Source: Octopus sinensis (taxonomy: Eukaryota). Taken from it: a DNA stretch of 64,000 bases. The notes below the pieces were generated by a model. It saw nothing but the letters and a program-made list of their open reading frames with translations. It was not told the origin of the DNA and did not search any database. The stretch covers positions 79,050,001-79,114,000 of the forward strand of contig NC_043000.1 in the NCBI RefSeq assembly GCF_006345805.1, written 5' to 3'. A program made the translations under genes and the position numbers. Below, in pieces: positions 12,701 to 25,908 of the stretch (its first letter is position 1; each line of letters starts with the position of its first letter).

Positions 12701-13232
12701 TTTTACATTATCTTATACTTATCCACCAGCAATGAAGAGAATAGTTCTTTTTATTGCTTTAAAATATACTATGTACTTCTACCCATATGATAATATAATT
12801 CCGTTATACATTCATGTTAGAATGTCTTTATCATGACCTTCTCAGCAATATGCTTAGAAAATTTCTAATTTTTGTTGTATATTAAGGTTTTAAGTTTAAT
12901 TTTTTTCCTTATTCTATATATTGATTTAATTTTCTCAAATTAATATTATAGGTTTGCTAAGTTATAAATTACTATCTCCCGTATCCTTCAATTCTCTAAT
13001 CTAAATAATCTAAATAAGTATTGCCCACACTTGTCCTTCTTCCTTCCAATTACCATCCCTTCCCAATCAGACATTCTCTTACTCCCAACCTTGCATCCTA
13101 CACTTTTATGTAGATATGGCTAGATATATGGTTCCAGTACATTGGAAGTCTAGTAAATTAACTCACTCTGCCACAAATATAACAAAAGGAAACAATGTAA
13201 ATATTTTAGTTTCCATTATTGATATAAATTTG

Positions 13233-13265
<33 letters not shown>

Positions 13266-13306
13266 GTTGTTGTTGTTGTTGTTGTTGTTGTTATTATTAT
13301 TATACA

Positions 13307-13676
13307 GGCGCAGGAGTGGCTGTATGGTAAGCAGCTTGCTTACCAACGACGTGGTTTCGGGTTCAGTCCCACTTCATGGCACCTTGGTCAAGTGTCTCCT
13401 ACTATAGCCTCTACCTATCAAAGCCTTGGAAGTGGATTTAGTAGACAGAAACTGAAAGAAGCCCGTTGTATATATATGTTTGTGTGTATGTTTGTCCCAC
13501 CACCATTGCTTGACAACCGATGCTGGTGTGTTTACTTCCTCCTAGCCCGGCAAAAGAAACCGATAGAACAAGTACTAGGCTTACAAAGATTAAGTCCTGG
13601 GGTCGATTTGCTCGACTAAAGGTGGTGCTCCAGCATGGCCTCAGTCAAATGACTGAAACAAATGAAAGAGTAAAAG
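13307..13676 (+). mobile_element. SINE family A, full length
   Basis: Homologous to 3981, 16067 and 55546. Confidence 0.85.
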
Positions 13677-13869
13677 TGCAAAAATATAAACTTTAGTTCA
13701 GTTCAAATACGTTTCGGACGTATTAGGCCTGTAGATGATGATGGGGAAAATTCTTGCTTCAGGCAAAAGGTATTTAAGAACTCAGTTCAGAGCGCCCGCC
13801 TTTGAACTCCAGGCTCTTTTGCTCTCTACATTACCAGATATATACAGGCCTATACACACACACACAAAC

Positions 13870-14130
13870 ATATATATTACAATTACGAACCATTACTCTA
13901 CATTTAGACATATCAATAAACGCAACAATACTGGGCTTAGTAAATTAATTTGGTCTCTAGAGGAACATTTGATTTGGAATGTCATATTCTATATAGGTCA
14001 TTTCCTTATGATAACGGTAAATCTTTTTGTTCGCTCTGTAACGATGAACTGTATTTCATCCTGTTCTCAGAGAATCATTTTGTATACACATTTAAAGAAC
14101 GGGTATACCGTTGCAAACGTTGGCAAAACC
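13870..14130 (+). mobile_element. Penelope-like (Naiad-like) GIY-YIG endonuclease C-terminal fragment
   Basis: Two frames give NHYSTFRHINKRNNTGLSKLIWSL and LECHILYRSFPYDNGKSFCSLCNDELYFIL, matching the NH..SFR...TELSKYIW.L...W.I....Y..G...C.LC..EK pattern. Confidence 0.6.
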
Positions 14131-16066
14131 ATACCTTTAGTTCCTATAAGTAACTTCTACCAGTCTATAAAATTCGACCTTTAACTATCTTCTTACATTT
14201 CACTTCCACTAAATATATGTATTTCCACGCCTTTAATCTTTATTCCTGTTCACCTATCGCACTATATTTCTCCACTTTTAGTTTTCTGATAATTTCTTTC
14301 TCTCTCCTCCTCTTTCTATAAATTGCCGTTGATGTTATATCTGTTAACAATTTTTTTTTAAATAACTTACCAATGTTCCCTTCATCATATATGCAGTAAT
14401 CACATTCGGTTGAAATGTCTTATTGATGCATTTTGTTTTTCTTTTTCCATTATGAGAAGAATGCATTGTTTTACATCATTGTATTAATTCTGGAACAATG
14501 CCAACGTTTCCTTCGAAACATATGTCGGAAGTATAAAGATTTGAATAATACCTGCGTTTAACTCCATTTATTTACTTATCTATGTGATACAAAAACCTTT
14601 CACCAAAATCTGGAATTCCTACCTTTATAGGTAGGCTGTTACATCTTTGGTACTTATGTGAATTTTTGCTACCCTGGTAACTATTTATTTATTCTTTCCG
14701 TGTTATTTGTAAACATTGATAAAATGCACATACATTTATGTGTGTGTGTGTTTGTGTGTGTCTGTGTGGTGTATGTGTCTGTGTATGTGTGTGTTTGTGT
14801 TTATGTATGTATGTGTATGTGTGAGTATGTGTTTGTCTCTCCACCATCGCTTGACAACCGAGGTTGGGCATCTCTGAATTGACTGAAATATTTATCTTCC
14901 TTATAAGATATTTTTCTTATAAGATATCTCGCACCTCAGCCGCCAGTTCGGAACAAAGTATATGGGTGGCACACGAAGTAGCGGAGTAAGAAAAAAATAT
15001 TTTTTTGATCAGTAAATAGTATTTACTGACCTCTGATGAGAAAGCTAAAGCCTCCAGTCAATTCAGAGTTGATTCACTTGTTATCTGGTACTGAAGAGAA
15101 ATTTGAAATGAATCTACTAATCCACAGGAATTTTGTAAGCTAAATTTGATGCTTTTAACACCTTTCATCCGACGTGAGAATTTTTCTCTGCGGCATACGT
15201 CTCTCAAATTATCTTTTGATGAGTCAAATATGTCCCAAACATATTTGAACGGATCAAAAGTTTTATTTTAAAACAGTTCCCATACACACATGTGTATATG
15301 AATGTAAATATATACATATACATACATACTACATATATAAATATATCTATGTATGTATGTATGTCATTATTCTGTTTTATTTCATGATTTCTTGCCAATA
15401 GAAAAAAAAGCTGTTTTCTAACCTAGATCCAAAGCTTTTTCATTGGAATTTTAACATCAACAAGGTATTTTTGTGCGTATTTATGTCATTATTCAATTTT
15501 ATTTCAAGATATTTGTCAATAGAGAAAACGTCGGTTTTTAACCAAGGCATTGGAATTTCAACATCAACAGGGTAATTTTGTATGTATGTATACGTGTAGA
15601 TTCGTAGGTTTTGTTTTATGTCTGTCTTCTCATGCATATAGATAAAACCCAGAGCCTATGATACCAATCATGTAGGCAATACAAACATTGTCTGGAAGAA
15701 AATATATCCTAGATTTCGGTATCAGAAGATGATGTCACACGCATTTAAAGTTTGTATGAAAGTGTCATGTAAGAAAAATATAAGGGGAAGCCCAAATTTC
15801 TTAAACCGGATAATGCGACTTTGACTTACAGGTGGAAAGACGCGTGAATGTAAATTACATTATTTTCTTTGTATTGGGCGTGTGCATTTAATGTTCACAA
15901 AAAATTACAAAAGCCTTTTCTCAAGAATTGTATGAAAGCTGGAATGGAGTCATTTGGATTTTTGGTATCAATGTGTATAGTGTATACTTCAACAATTTTG
16001 TTTTTTTACATTGCTTTTAGTGTTTGTGAACACATGAACTAATATGTGAGATTAACGTATTCATAA

Positions 16067-16465
16067 GCGCAGGCGTGGTAGTGTAGTAAGAAGCTTGCTT
16101 CCCAAATACATGATTGCTAGTTCATTCCCCCTGCATGGCACCTTGGACAACCGTCTTCTGTTATAACCACGGGCCGACCAAAGTCTTGTGAGTGGATTTG
16201 GTAGGCGGAAACTGGAAGAACCCCGTCGTATGTATATTTATATATGTATGTGTGTCTGATTTTGCCCCACCCCTCAACTGCTTGACAACCAGTGTTGGTG
16301 TGCTTATGTCCCCGTAACTTAGCGGTTCGGCAATCAGAACCAATAGAATAAGTACCAGGCTTTAAAAAAGTACTTGGATCAATACATTCGACTATAAATT
16401 CTTCAAGGCGCTGCCCCAGCATGGCTGCAGTCTAATAACTGAAGCAAGCAAAAGATAAAAGAAAG
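16067..16465 (+). mobile_element. SINE family A, full length
   Basis: Homologous to 3981, 13307 and 55546. Confidence 0.85.
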
Positions 16466-16959
16466 ATTATTGAATCAATCTATAAAATGGCAAGGAAAAA
16501 GGATCCACCTATTTCTGAATAGTTTATTTTGCTGTGAAAATTTGCGAATTTAAAATACTTAAGCCAAATGAGTTTCAATTTAAACAATTGATCACGTTTA
16601 CTTCGAGCTATATAGGGAGCTCTTCTAAGACGTTTTTCAAACTTGTCCTTGTTTCACAAGACAGCCATCACCAATCTCCAAGAGGCTAAGAAAAGAAAAT
16701 CCATCTGACCATCATGCTGTACAAATTGTTACTAGTGATAGTAGCTATTTCATGTGCGAACAGCTGTAAGTAAATTATATTGCTGTACATTGTCTATTTC
16801 GCGTCGTTTTTCTACTTAGTTATTAACTTTAGTTTATCAACAATTGATTCTTACAGTTCACCTCTACCTAAATCTCTCACGCGTGCCTGAGTGTATATTT
16901 AATGCGTGCATATTTGTGCCTGCGTTTCCCTCTCTGTCTCTTTCTTTACACACACACAC

Positions 16960-17275
16960 ACACACATATTTATCGTTTACTTGTTTCATTCATTTTATTG
17001 CAACCATGGTCGGATACTACCTTGAGTTTCGTCAAATAAATTGACTACAATTTATTCCATCAGTCTCTTTTACGGTATCGCGAAGTCACGGGAACGTAAA
17101 AGAGCTCGGCACTGGTTGTCAAACGGTGAGGGGACAATCACAAACACTAACACTAATACACACAGGTATACACTTATATACATATTATGACGGGCTTCCA
17201 CACAGTTTCCCTCTACCAGTTTCACTCACAAAGCAATAATCGGTCCGCGTAGTATATACTTGCCTAAAGTGCCTC
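16960..17275 (-). mobile_element. SINE family A, degenerate, reverse orientation
   Basis: Reverse complement contains ggcactttaggcaagta, gtagagggaaactgtgtggaagcccgtc and tttgacaaccagtgc. Confidence 0.65.
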
Positions 17276-17639
17276 TGTGTGATAAATCACACAGCCACAA
17301 CAGCGCCTATAAAAGCGTAATAGTGTATAAGGAGGGAAGGAAAGGAACAGACAGACACGGCGTTTGCAGGTCGTTAAGCAACTTCCTCATTCAGGTTAAG
17401 AAGAGCTTTTGGAAAAACAAATAGGGACAGATATGCTCACACAAACGCACACCAAGCACACAGCTGCGCAGATTACACTTCTTATGACATTTTCACTACA
17501 GTTTAGCGTGGAATAAAAAAAATCTCGCTTACGGTAAGGGGTATAAAGACATCATTAGCGGCTCTATAGACCAAAAGATCAGCATTTCTGGCTCTTTTTC
17601 GGAACCGCTGATGAAGCTGTTAACTAGCATTTACTGCTG

Positions 17640-18559
17640 TATTACCTCCGCCTTCGCTAAGGCGGAGGTATTGTTTTCAGTCGTGTTGGTTTGTTTCTTT
17701 ACCCGTGAACAAAGTATCTCAAGAAACGCTGGATGGATTCGAACTATTTTCGATTTTGTGATCGATCCGGTACCGGACAAGGATTCTGGATTATTTGTTA
17801 TATTTACTTTACGCTACATGATGTATTACGATCTTACACTGACTTTCAAGTCTTGCTCTTTCCAAAGTTTTATTTTCGTTTATCTATTAGCAATTTTACT
17901 CGCGTCCCTGTCTAAGTGGAAACATGGATAAAGAAATCAAACTACATAAACAAACGGCAGCAAAACCGTTCAGAAATTAAATAGCACTAACACATTCGGT
18001 AACAATAATAAGTTTAACTTATTCTCGTCAATTTTTAGTTTTACCAGTTTTGAATATATCGCTCCTGTTTAAAACCTCTTACTTGCTTGAAAATTGCATT
18101 TCTTGGGCTCACCTTTTTGTGCGCAACGGTGTTGTTAAACCTCCGTTAGCTGCACCGTGTGCAGGTCCTTTCCGTTTTCTATCATGCACAGATAAATTTT
18201 TCCCTATACACCTTAATGGTCGTAAAGACACTATACCAGTGGATAAACTTTAAAAAAGGCCTTCATAGAGAAAACTGTCCCTGTTACCACCTCAGACGAC
18301 AAACACGGCTCGCACACCCACCTTCACATTCCATGACAACCACTGGGATCGATTAGGTACCGGACAAGGATCCTGGATTATTTTTCCGGTTTTTCTACTT
18401 AATTTTTGAGATCAGTTGGGTTCATTGTTAGTATTCTCGTTTTTGAGAGCAGTCGAGTTTATTTCAGATATTTTCATTCTAAAAATCATCTTCGGCTTAT
18501 CGTTGGGAGGACGGTGGTATTGCCTTGGCGAAGGTTTGCGCTCTCTGAGTGCTCTTGTT
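17640..18559 (+). mobile_element. Helentron-associated non-autonomous element (HINE/DINE-1-like)
   Basis: 5' attacctccgccttcgctaaggcggaggta hairpin/subTIR; 3' ccttggcgaaggt subTIR followed by gcgctctctgagtgc stem-loop; internal repeat of gtaccggacaagga. Confidence 0.7.
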
Positions 18560-18817
18560 ATAAAAGATTTTTTTCAGTTCACGATTACTTCCCTTTGGTA
18601 TCCGTTACTAAAGACGGTAAAAGAACTAGTGATCTACAGAGAGTGCTTTAAAACTTTTACCATAAGTGAGGAATTTTGTTCCACAGTAAACTGTACAAAA
18701 ATTGCTTTAAGATGTTTCAAGCATATTTGATGCAAAATTTATGTATGTATGAATGTTTGTGTTTAGACATACATACATACATGCATACATACATACATAC
18801 ATACATACATACATACA

Positions 18818-18886
<69 letters not shown>

Positions 18887-19019
18887 GCGTGTGTCTGTAT
18901 ATGTGTTTGTGTATGCGTATACACAGAAACGCACACATGCACCCATACACCTATACACGTATATACCCACATATACATACATATGGACATTCTAATAAGC
19001 ATGTGGCTCAAGGGTACGA

Positions 19020-19620
19020 CAAAGGAACATACAGAAAAACATGCGCAGAATGGACGTGGATATGCTCAATTTCTCATCAGACCAAATATCATCACAATTT
19101 TGACAACTTTCGATTTGCGTCAAAGGGTTAATTTGAACGACCGATATAATATGATCAAGAATAATTTTACTAATTCTACCCAGATGCGACATGGAAGGCA
19201 GATTAACTTGATGGAGGTGTTAGTTAGAAAGACTGGTTTGTGGTCTTTCAAGCCAAATTGTGGGGTGCTTAGTGCATAAGGTTCCAGCTTTTGAGCCGCC
19301 CCGAACAAGTCTTTTGGAGAAGTTGACTGCTCATTCTAATAATATTTATGTATCTCATTAAATATAAATCCATTATAAGCGTCGGTATTCATTCTGTAAA
19401 TTTCCTGGTTCTATCGAAATGGATATCTACTCTCTCACAGTTCCAGATGTCCGATATCTGCTTAGATAGTCGTCGAAGGATTTCGCTCGTATATTTTCTT
19501 AATTTGATATTCATAATTAAGTTGAGCATATCTTTCTCAAACTGGTCGAACACTGGTTTGTGTGGAGAGTTGCTGATAATTTTTAGCCCGTAGAAATAGT
19601 TAGAATTAAACTTTCATGCT
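19020..19620 (-). mobile_element. Penelope-like (Naiad-like) RT N-terminal fragment
   Basis: Minus frames read FEKDMLNLIMNIKLRK, LKDHKPVF and LGRISKIILDHI; frameshifted. Confidence 0.7.
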
Positions 19621-20159
19621 CAGTTATTTGTTTGTTTTCGAAATAGAATGTTTTCTATTGAATCCTAGAAATAAGGATATTGAATTTTCTGTACCATTAA
19701 CCCGTGACATTGCTTTTTACTCGAGATAGGACTATTCCCAAGGGAAACGCCCAAGCGTCTCTTCTTCATGTCGGTGTTTCTTGGATCGTTTGTCAGAATG
19801 CGGAGTAAAGTGCGCACAAGTACATGTACTAAATGCACGCATGAAACGGGAATATTTTCTAGACACTACGCATGACATCTCAATGTAAATTTCAATGTTT
19901 GTCGAGGACAGAGTGGGAAACAATACAAGGAATAGAGGTTTATCTAAATTTGACAAACATATACAGGCAGATGTTGATATTATATTACGATTAAAACTTG
20001 ACTACATGCAAAGGTGTGCGTGTGTGTGTGTATGTGCATGCGTGTGTGTGTGTGTGTGTGTGCATATGTCTGTGTTTGCATGTATATATGACATTATAAT
20101 AATTACACTCATGAATATATTGGTTACAAATTTTGAGAAAAGGCCAGCAATTTCGAGGT

Positions 20160-20335
20160 AATGCTTAAGTTTATTATATCAACCCTGTGTCCAAAAGGTT
20201 CTTATTTTATCGATCTCGAAGGATGAAAGGCAAAGTCGACCTCGGAAAAAATTGGATTCAGAACGTAAAGATGGATGAAATGCCGTTAAACATTTTACCC
20301 AACGTGCTAACGAATCTGTTAGCTCACCGCACTCA
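20160..20335 (-). mobile_element. SINE family B, reverse orientation
   Basis: Reverse-complement homolog of 60131-60341 (gaggtcgactttgcctttcatcc). Confidence 0.75.
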
Positions 20336-20353
20336 CGCATGAATATATTGCTA

Positions 20354-20408
20354 TCTTATATATATAACATTGAAGTTTTCTGTGTGTGTTTGTGTGTGTG
20401 TGTGTGTG

Positions 20409-20471
<63 letters not shown>

Positions 20472-21050
20472 AAAACTTTAATGTACCTCAATAACTGCTA
20501 CATCTTTCATCCGATTTCATTAAAATTTCATACACAGCTGCTTCATATCCTTGACCCGAACATAGGCTACTTTATTTTTTAAAAATTGATATTGGGGCCT
20601 CTAGAGCGATGGGAAATCAACAATAGATGATTCCTATTCATTTGCGTTAATCAGCTTTTTTAATCTTTTTATAACAGTGAAAGGATTTTTTCTATTGATT
20701 TCCACTGTCCATCAGCGACGGTGGTTAAATCGACTAGGAACACTGAACACATACGTTTCCATAATTCTCAACCGATTTTCACCAAACTTTACACACACGT
20801 TACTTATATCCCAAGGATGGTTACACACTAAACATTTTACCAGAGCTGCCGCATAGATGGACCTAACTTGACATAGCGTTTTTGTATGTAGGATCTTCCA
20901 TACTTTTTAAAACTTTTTTATAAAAGTGAAAGGATTTTGTCTACTTATATATTTCGACTGTTCACCTACCACGGTGATTAGATTGACGGTGATATTAGAT
21001 CGTAATATAATATCACCTACCACGGTGATTAGATTGACTAGGAACACTCT
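20354..21050 (+). mobile_element. non-autonomous Helitron-like element, 5' part
   Basis: A|TCTTATATATATAACATTGAAG start followed by a (TG)n tract, similar to the other Helitron 5' ends here. No CTAG end found, so the 3' boundary is approximate. Confidence 0.5.
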
Positions 21051-22489
21051 ACGCGATGAATATCCAGTACCAAACAATTTTAATCTCCATAGTTAAACTG
21101 CATTAAACTTTGGCAAACTTACCTTTACCTTTTCTGAGTTACTTGAAAAGTGATGCTCCCTTCCCTTTCTCTTATTTGTTCATGCTTTTGTTTACATACT
21201 AATGCGTTGTTTCACTTTAAGGATGCTTATTTACCCATTCATTATATTTCGATTGTCGTCCATTGTTTCCAATACGTTTTAGTATTGTTGCTCTAGCCTT
21301 TTTTTTTTTAAAGAATAACGTATGATTCGTCCCAAAGAATCAAACTTTAAATGAGTTTTGCTTCCACAATCGAAAGCTATACATATCTTTCAGAAAGCTC
21401 TATACCAATTCAACTTTATGCAGTATTCGCTGTTAGTTCATGCGCAGGCTATGTGGGAAGACAGAATAAAGGGGCTTTTATTAGCTTATCTCTCCGAAAA
21501 AAATAGATCCCTTTGCTGTTGAAAGCAATAAACTCGCAGAGGGGAAGTTTCAACGTCTTCCTTCAATTTCATTACACCATTTATGTGGCTGTTTCTGACA
21601 AGAAATTTCACTTTCATGTAAAATAACTATATTTTGTAGTCAATATCCGTAATCTACTTCCAAAACACTTCAGTAGCTCTACTTTGCATTGCTTGCAAAC
21701 TTATATGTTCTATGATCATTAAAGTGCAACAACCACCCTTCAGTTTGATTTTCCGTTCCTAGGTTAATCGGAATCGTAGATTGTCGTGCGATTCAACAGC
21801 CTTCTTGGTAGCTCAATTATTTGGTGAAAACATACCACCTAAGCAACTTAAGCCGACCAAACGATGGGTGTGTTTGCTAGTATTTATTGTTGTTCAATCT
21901 TAAAACTATATATAAACCTTGTTTTATATTTATATTGTATTGATTTTAGTCCTTGCATTGCAGCCGTGTTTTGGCACCACATTGAAGGGTGAATCGACCC
22001 CAGTATTTTTTAAGTCTAGTACTTTATTCTATCAGGTTCTCATGCCAAGCGACTAAGTTACGGGGACGTAAGCAAAACAATATGTGTGTGTGTGCGTGTA
22101 TGTATGTATGTATGTATGTATGTATACTACATATTATGTATGTATCTTTGTGTCTGTGTTTGTCTCCACCACCGCTGGTCAAGAGGTCTTACTTTGTTTA
22201 CGTCCCCGTAACTTAGTGGTTTGGCAGACTCGGCAATGAAACCCCAGTCTCGCGCCATTTCCGCTCTACTGGTCATTCACTACAACACCTGTCTGTGTGG
22301 ACTGTCTTTGCACAGAAGCCATCCGGATCCCCGCCTTCGCCGTGAACAGGAATTAATCTCTTTGCTCCTTTGCGTCATATGGGCTCAACCCCCTCCTCTC
22401 TTCGTCTGACTCCCCTCTTCTCCTCTCTTCATCTGACACCTACTTCCTCTCTTCATTCCTACCCACTTTCTCACTTCATTGATACCTTC

Positions 22490-22706
22490 TGTTGTGTGTG
22501 GTTTGTGTTCTAATTGGATAGACAACCAAATGAAAACCATTGTTATTGTTACGTGTTTATTTACTATTCATGATACACGGACTCGACATTCAGCGTAGTA
22601 ATACATTATATACTTTACACACAGTTGTACTGTTCACTAACAAAATAGTGCCAAGAATGGGGATGTAGTTTGGCATATGCAAACACATAGATATGAATGT
22701 GTAACA
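22490..22706 (-). repeat. 3' LTR of Gypsy element
   Basis: Direct repeat of 25692-25908, adjacent to the PPT aagaagaaggga (22707-22718, minus strand). Confidence 0.95.
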
Positions 22707-22892
22707 TCCCTTCTTCTTGAAAAAAAATAAAGGGGTCTTCTGGCAGTTAAGACAACTATGAGTAGTCTTCCTTGCTCCATGGATTGTCAGCCTGAGGTGG
22801 CAATCCTACAGCAGAAGTCGTGAGATTATTCTGCCTCTGCTTTGTAGTCTAGCTGAATTAAATACTTCTCTTTTCATTTTCTTTTTTTTTCT

Positions 22893-25568
22893 TTAACGGT
22901 ATCGAACCGGTGGCAGAATGTTCTTTCTCCATCTGGTGGATCTTGTGCTTCGCACCGGTGTCTGAGGTGTGTTGTTGGGCTGCTGATAGGTGGTTGGTGC
23001 ACGTTGGGGTGATGATTCTGTGGGTGTTGTCACTAATGCTGCAGGTGTTGTACACGTTGTCCTCGACAGCTCTGGTTTTGGGCGGATGTGGGCCCTGTTG
23101 CGTCTCAGCTGCCTACCAGATTCCGTTTCTATTAAATATGATCTTGGAGTTTCAGCTCTACTGACAACCTGTGCTGGGATCCATGTTTTAGTTATGGGAT
23201 CTTGAGTATGCACATGTTGTCCTCCAAGTACCTCAGGTAAATATTGTGCATGTTTGTTGTAATACCTCTGTGATTGTTCTTGAGTGGCTGCTAGCTTTGC
23301 CCTTGTTTCTTCCTGGTCAATAGGAGGTTGGATCTTAGTTGGCAGGGTAGTTTTATACTTCCTGCCATTCAGCAATTCTGCTGGGGATTTCATATCAGCT
23401 CTCAGTGGTGTCGCTCGTAGGGACAGAAGTGCCAGGTGTGGGTCTTCCTTAGTCTCTCGGCATTTGACTAGTGTTCTCTTCACTGTCTGCACCTGTCTTT
23501 CTATAAACCCATGGCCTTTGGGATAGTGTGGAGATGAAGTTGTAATATTGAACCCATACTCATCGGCTAGCTTTTTGAATTCTTGTGATGTGAACTGGGT
23601 TCCATTGTCACATATGATCTGCTCTGGTATTCCTTGCTCTGCTAGAAGTCCTCGAGCTACTGTGGTGATTGTTTTGGTTGTCAGGTCTTTCACTTTTCTC
23701 ACAAATGGAAATTTGGAGTAGTAGCAGGCCATTATCAAATACCATTATTGGCCCTCTGTGAACAAATCTACTCCAATAGTTTGCCATGGCTTTCTTGGTA
23801 TGTCACTAGATATCATTTCTTCCTTTTGTTGTGAGTTTCTGTACTTTTGACAGATGTGGCATGTAGAAACTGTCTTTTCTATGTCTTTATACATGCCTAC
23901 CCAATATACTGCTGACTTGGCTCGGAGCTTGCATTTTTCCATTCCGAGATGCCCTTGGTGGATCTTGTCAAGAATTTCTTCTTGCATTGACTTGGGTATA
24001 ATTATTCGGGATCCAGCCATCAGGATCCCATTCTCCACTGATATATCATCATGGATGGCCCAATATTCACGAATCAGGGGTTGCACCTGATGTCTCTTTT
24101 CTGGCCACCCCTGAATCACCATCTGAGTAAGGAGCTGAAGTTCTTCATCTTTGCTGGTCTCCTCTTTGATTTCCGCTAGCTTTGTGGTTGTCACATTTAC
24201 AATGTGGTGGACCTTTATGCTTAGTCCTTCCATCTCCTGTTTGTTTGTGATTGGTGGTCTGTCTTTGATAGGCATATCACTGTCAATCCTGCTTGGAGCT
24301 GCTTTCACTTCAGCATTGATTGATACAATATTTAGCTTTTTGCAGGTATTGAGTCCAAGAATTGCTGGCCCTTCTGTTCTTGTGACATAAAAAAAACACT
24401 TAATTAATTTTCCTTTGTGTGTCCCTGTGATAGTTGTTTTACCCAGTTGTGGAATCTTGGTTCCTCCGTACGCAATGAGGATTAGATCACTTGGTGTGAG
24501 GATTCCTTGTTTGACTTTATCCTCTTTTGTTATGTGTTCTGGGAACATCTTTTTGTATAGGTTGACAGGTAAGATATTACTCTGGGCTCCAGTGTCAATC
24601 TTTAGTCTTAAGTCTATGTTTGTTCTTTTCCTTCCGGCCTTCTTTTGAATTCTTATTGTCGTGTATGCCTCATCTTCTTTCTTCCGGTCGACCTTTCCCA
24701 TCTCATGCACATTTATTATGCCGACTGCCAAGAATTCCTCCTCTGAGGTGTGTTGTTCCTGTTGTTGTGCATGTATATCTCTTCTATTTCTGCTCCTCTT
24801 TGAAAATTGGGGCTTGTATTTCTGGGATTTTGTTAATCTACACATTTTTTCCCAGTGGTTAAGTTTTCCACATGCTTTGCAGTGTGTACCGAATGCAGGA
24901 CATTTTTTTCGGTTATTAAATTCATGCTCTGTACCACAGTTCTGGCTTGTTCTTTGTTTGTGGGTATGTGTCCTGTGCCTAAATACAATATCTACACTGC
25001 TATCTAGTGAGCTTGTTTGCAAGCTAAGTGAGGCCATTTGTTTGGTAGTGGCTTCAAATACTCTTGCAGTGTCTACTGCTTCTACCAACTGGAGAGCGTC
25101 CTTACCTATTAGTGATTTTTGTACTTCTTTGTGGGCACACCCCCATATTAATTGGTCTACAATTCTCTCCTCCCTGTCTTTGAATTTGCATTTCTCTGCA
25201 ACATTCTTCAGTCTTGACAGGAAATTGTCAATTGTTTCTTGTGGGTCTTGTTTCAGGCCCTGGAATTCGTATCTGTGAATTCTATGGTTCGACCTGGGCT
25301 CTAGGTGCCTTTCAAATTTCTCAAGAAGTGTGTCTGGGTTATTGCAGTCCGATTCTGACATATCCCAGCTATTGAATAGGTCTATTCCTTTATTACCTGA
25401 CCATAAAATGATATAGCTTACCTTCTCATCGTCAGTTGTGCCTTTCAGGAAACTTTTGAAAGCTAGTTGAGTTTTTTGTTTGAATTTTTTAAATGCTTCT
25501 ACGACATCACTAGAATCCCAGTTCATAATCGGATGTAGATTCATCTGTACGGCGACGGGGGTCGCCAT
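22893..25568 (-). pseudogene. Gypsy gag-protease-integrase polyprotein with in-frame RT/RH deletion and one in-frame stop
   Basis: Gag with CCHC-like knuckle, protease KIDTGAQSNIL, integrase HHCC (HQGHLG...CHIC) and D..D..E core (VDLF, CDNG, IER). TAA at 23745-23747 separates two same-frame ORFs. Confidence 0.9.
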
Positions 25569-25678
25569 CTTGGATCGTCGTGTTTGTTGTCCTAAGACGA
25601 AGCGATGTTTTGTTTGTTAATTCCTCGTTCGTTGTGTTTCTGTTTCGTTGTAAAGGCACGGTTCCCGATTAATTATTT

Positions 25679-25691
25679 ACCGCTGCCACCA
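25679..25691 (-). promoter_or_regulatory. primer-binding site complementary to the tRNA-Leu 3' end
   Basis: TGGTGGCAGCGGT directly after the 5' LTR is complementary to ...ACCGCTGCCACCA of tRNA-Leu(AAG/TAG) (sequence recalled from vertebrate tRNA-Leu). Confidence 0.75.
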
Positions 25692-25908
25692 TGTTGCGTG
25701 TAGTTTGTGTTCTAATGGGATAGACAACCAAATGAAAACCATTGTTATTGTTACGTGTTTATTTACTATTCATGATACACGGACTCGACATTCAGCGTAG
25801 TAATACATTATATACTTTACACACAGTTGTACTGTTCACTAACAAAATAGTGCCAAGAGTGGGGATGTAGTTTGGCATACGCAAACACATAGGTATGAAT
25901 GTGTAACA
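25692..25908 (-). repeat. 5' LTR of Gypsy element
   Basis: Direct repeat of 22490-22706. Confidence 0.95.

Larger units (their letters stand above)
22490..25908 (-). mobile_element. Gypsy/Ty3 LTR retrotransposon, internally deleted (no RT/RNase H)
   Basis: 217-bp LTRs at 22490-22706 and 25692-25908 (TG...CA, 6 differences counted), 5-bp TSD CCTTC (22485-22489, 25909-25913), PBS and PPT present. Confidence 0.95.

Noticed and set aside
11650-13050. Very AT-rich, strand-biased tract that may be an ancient L1/Tx1 ORF2 on the minus strand
   Set aside because: Stops in all frames and no diagnostic motif recoverable by eye.
10715-16815. Inverted homology between ~10715-10940 and ~16580-16815 as TIRs of a 6-kb element
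   Set aside because: The copies are substantially diverged with no TSD or transposase between them; more likely independent copies of an interspersed repeat.
17608-17640. Other CTGATGA hits (350, 15033, 17608, and minus strand ~3675, ~19075) as hammerheads
   Set aside because: They lack a properly placed stem II, GAAA and stem III/NUH.
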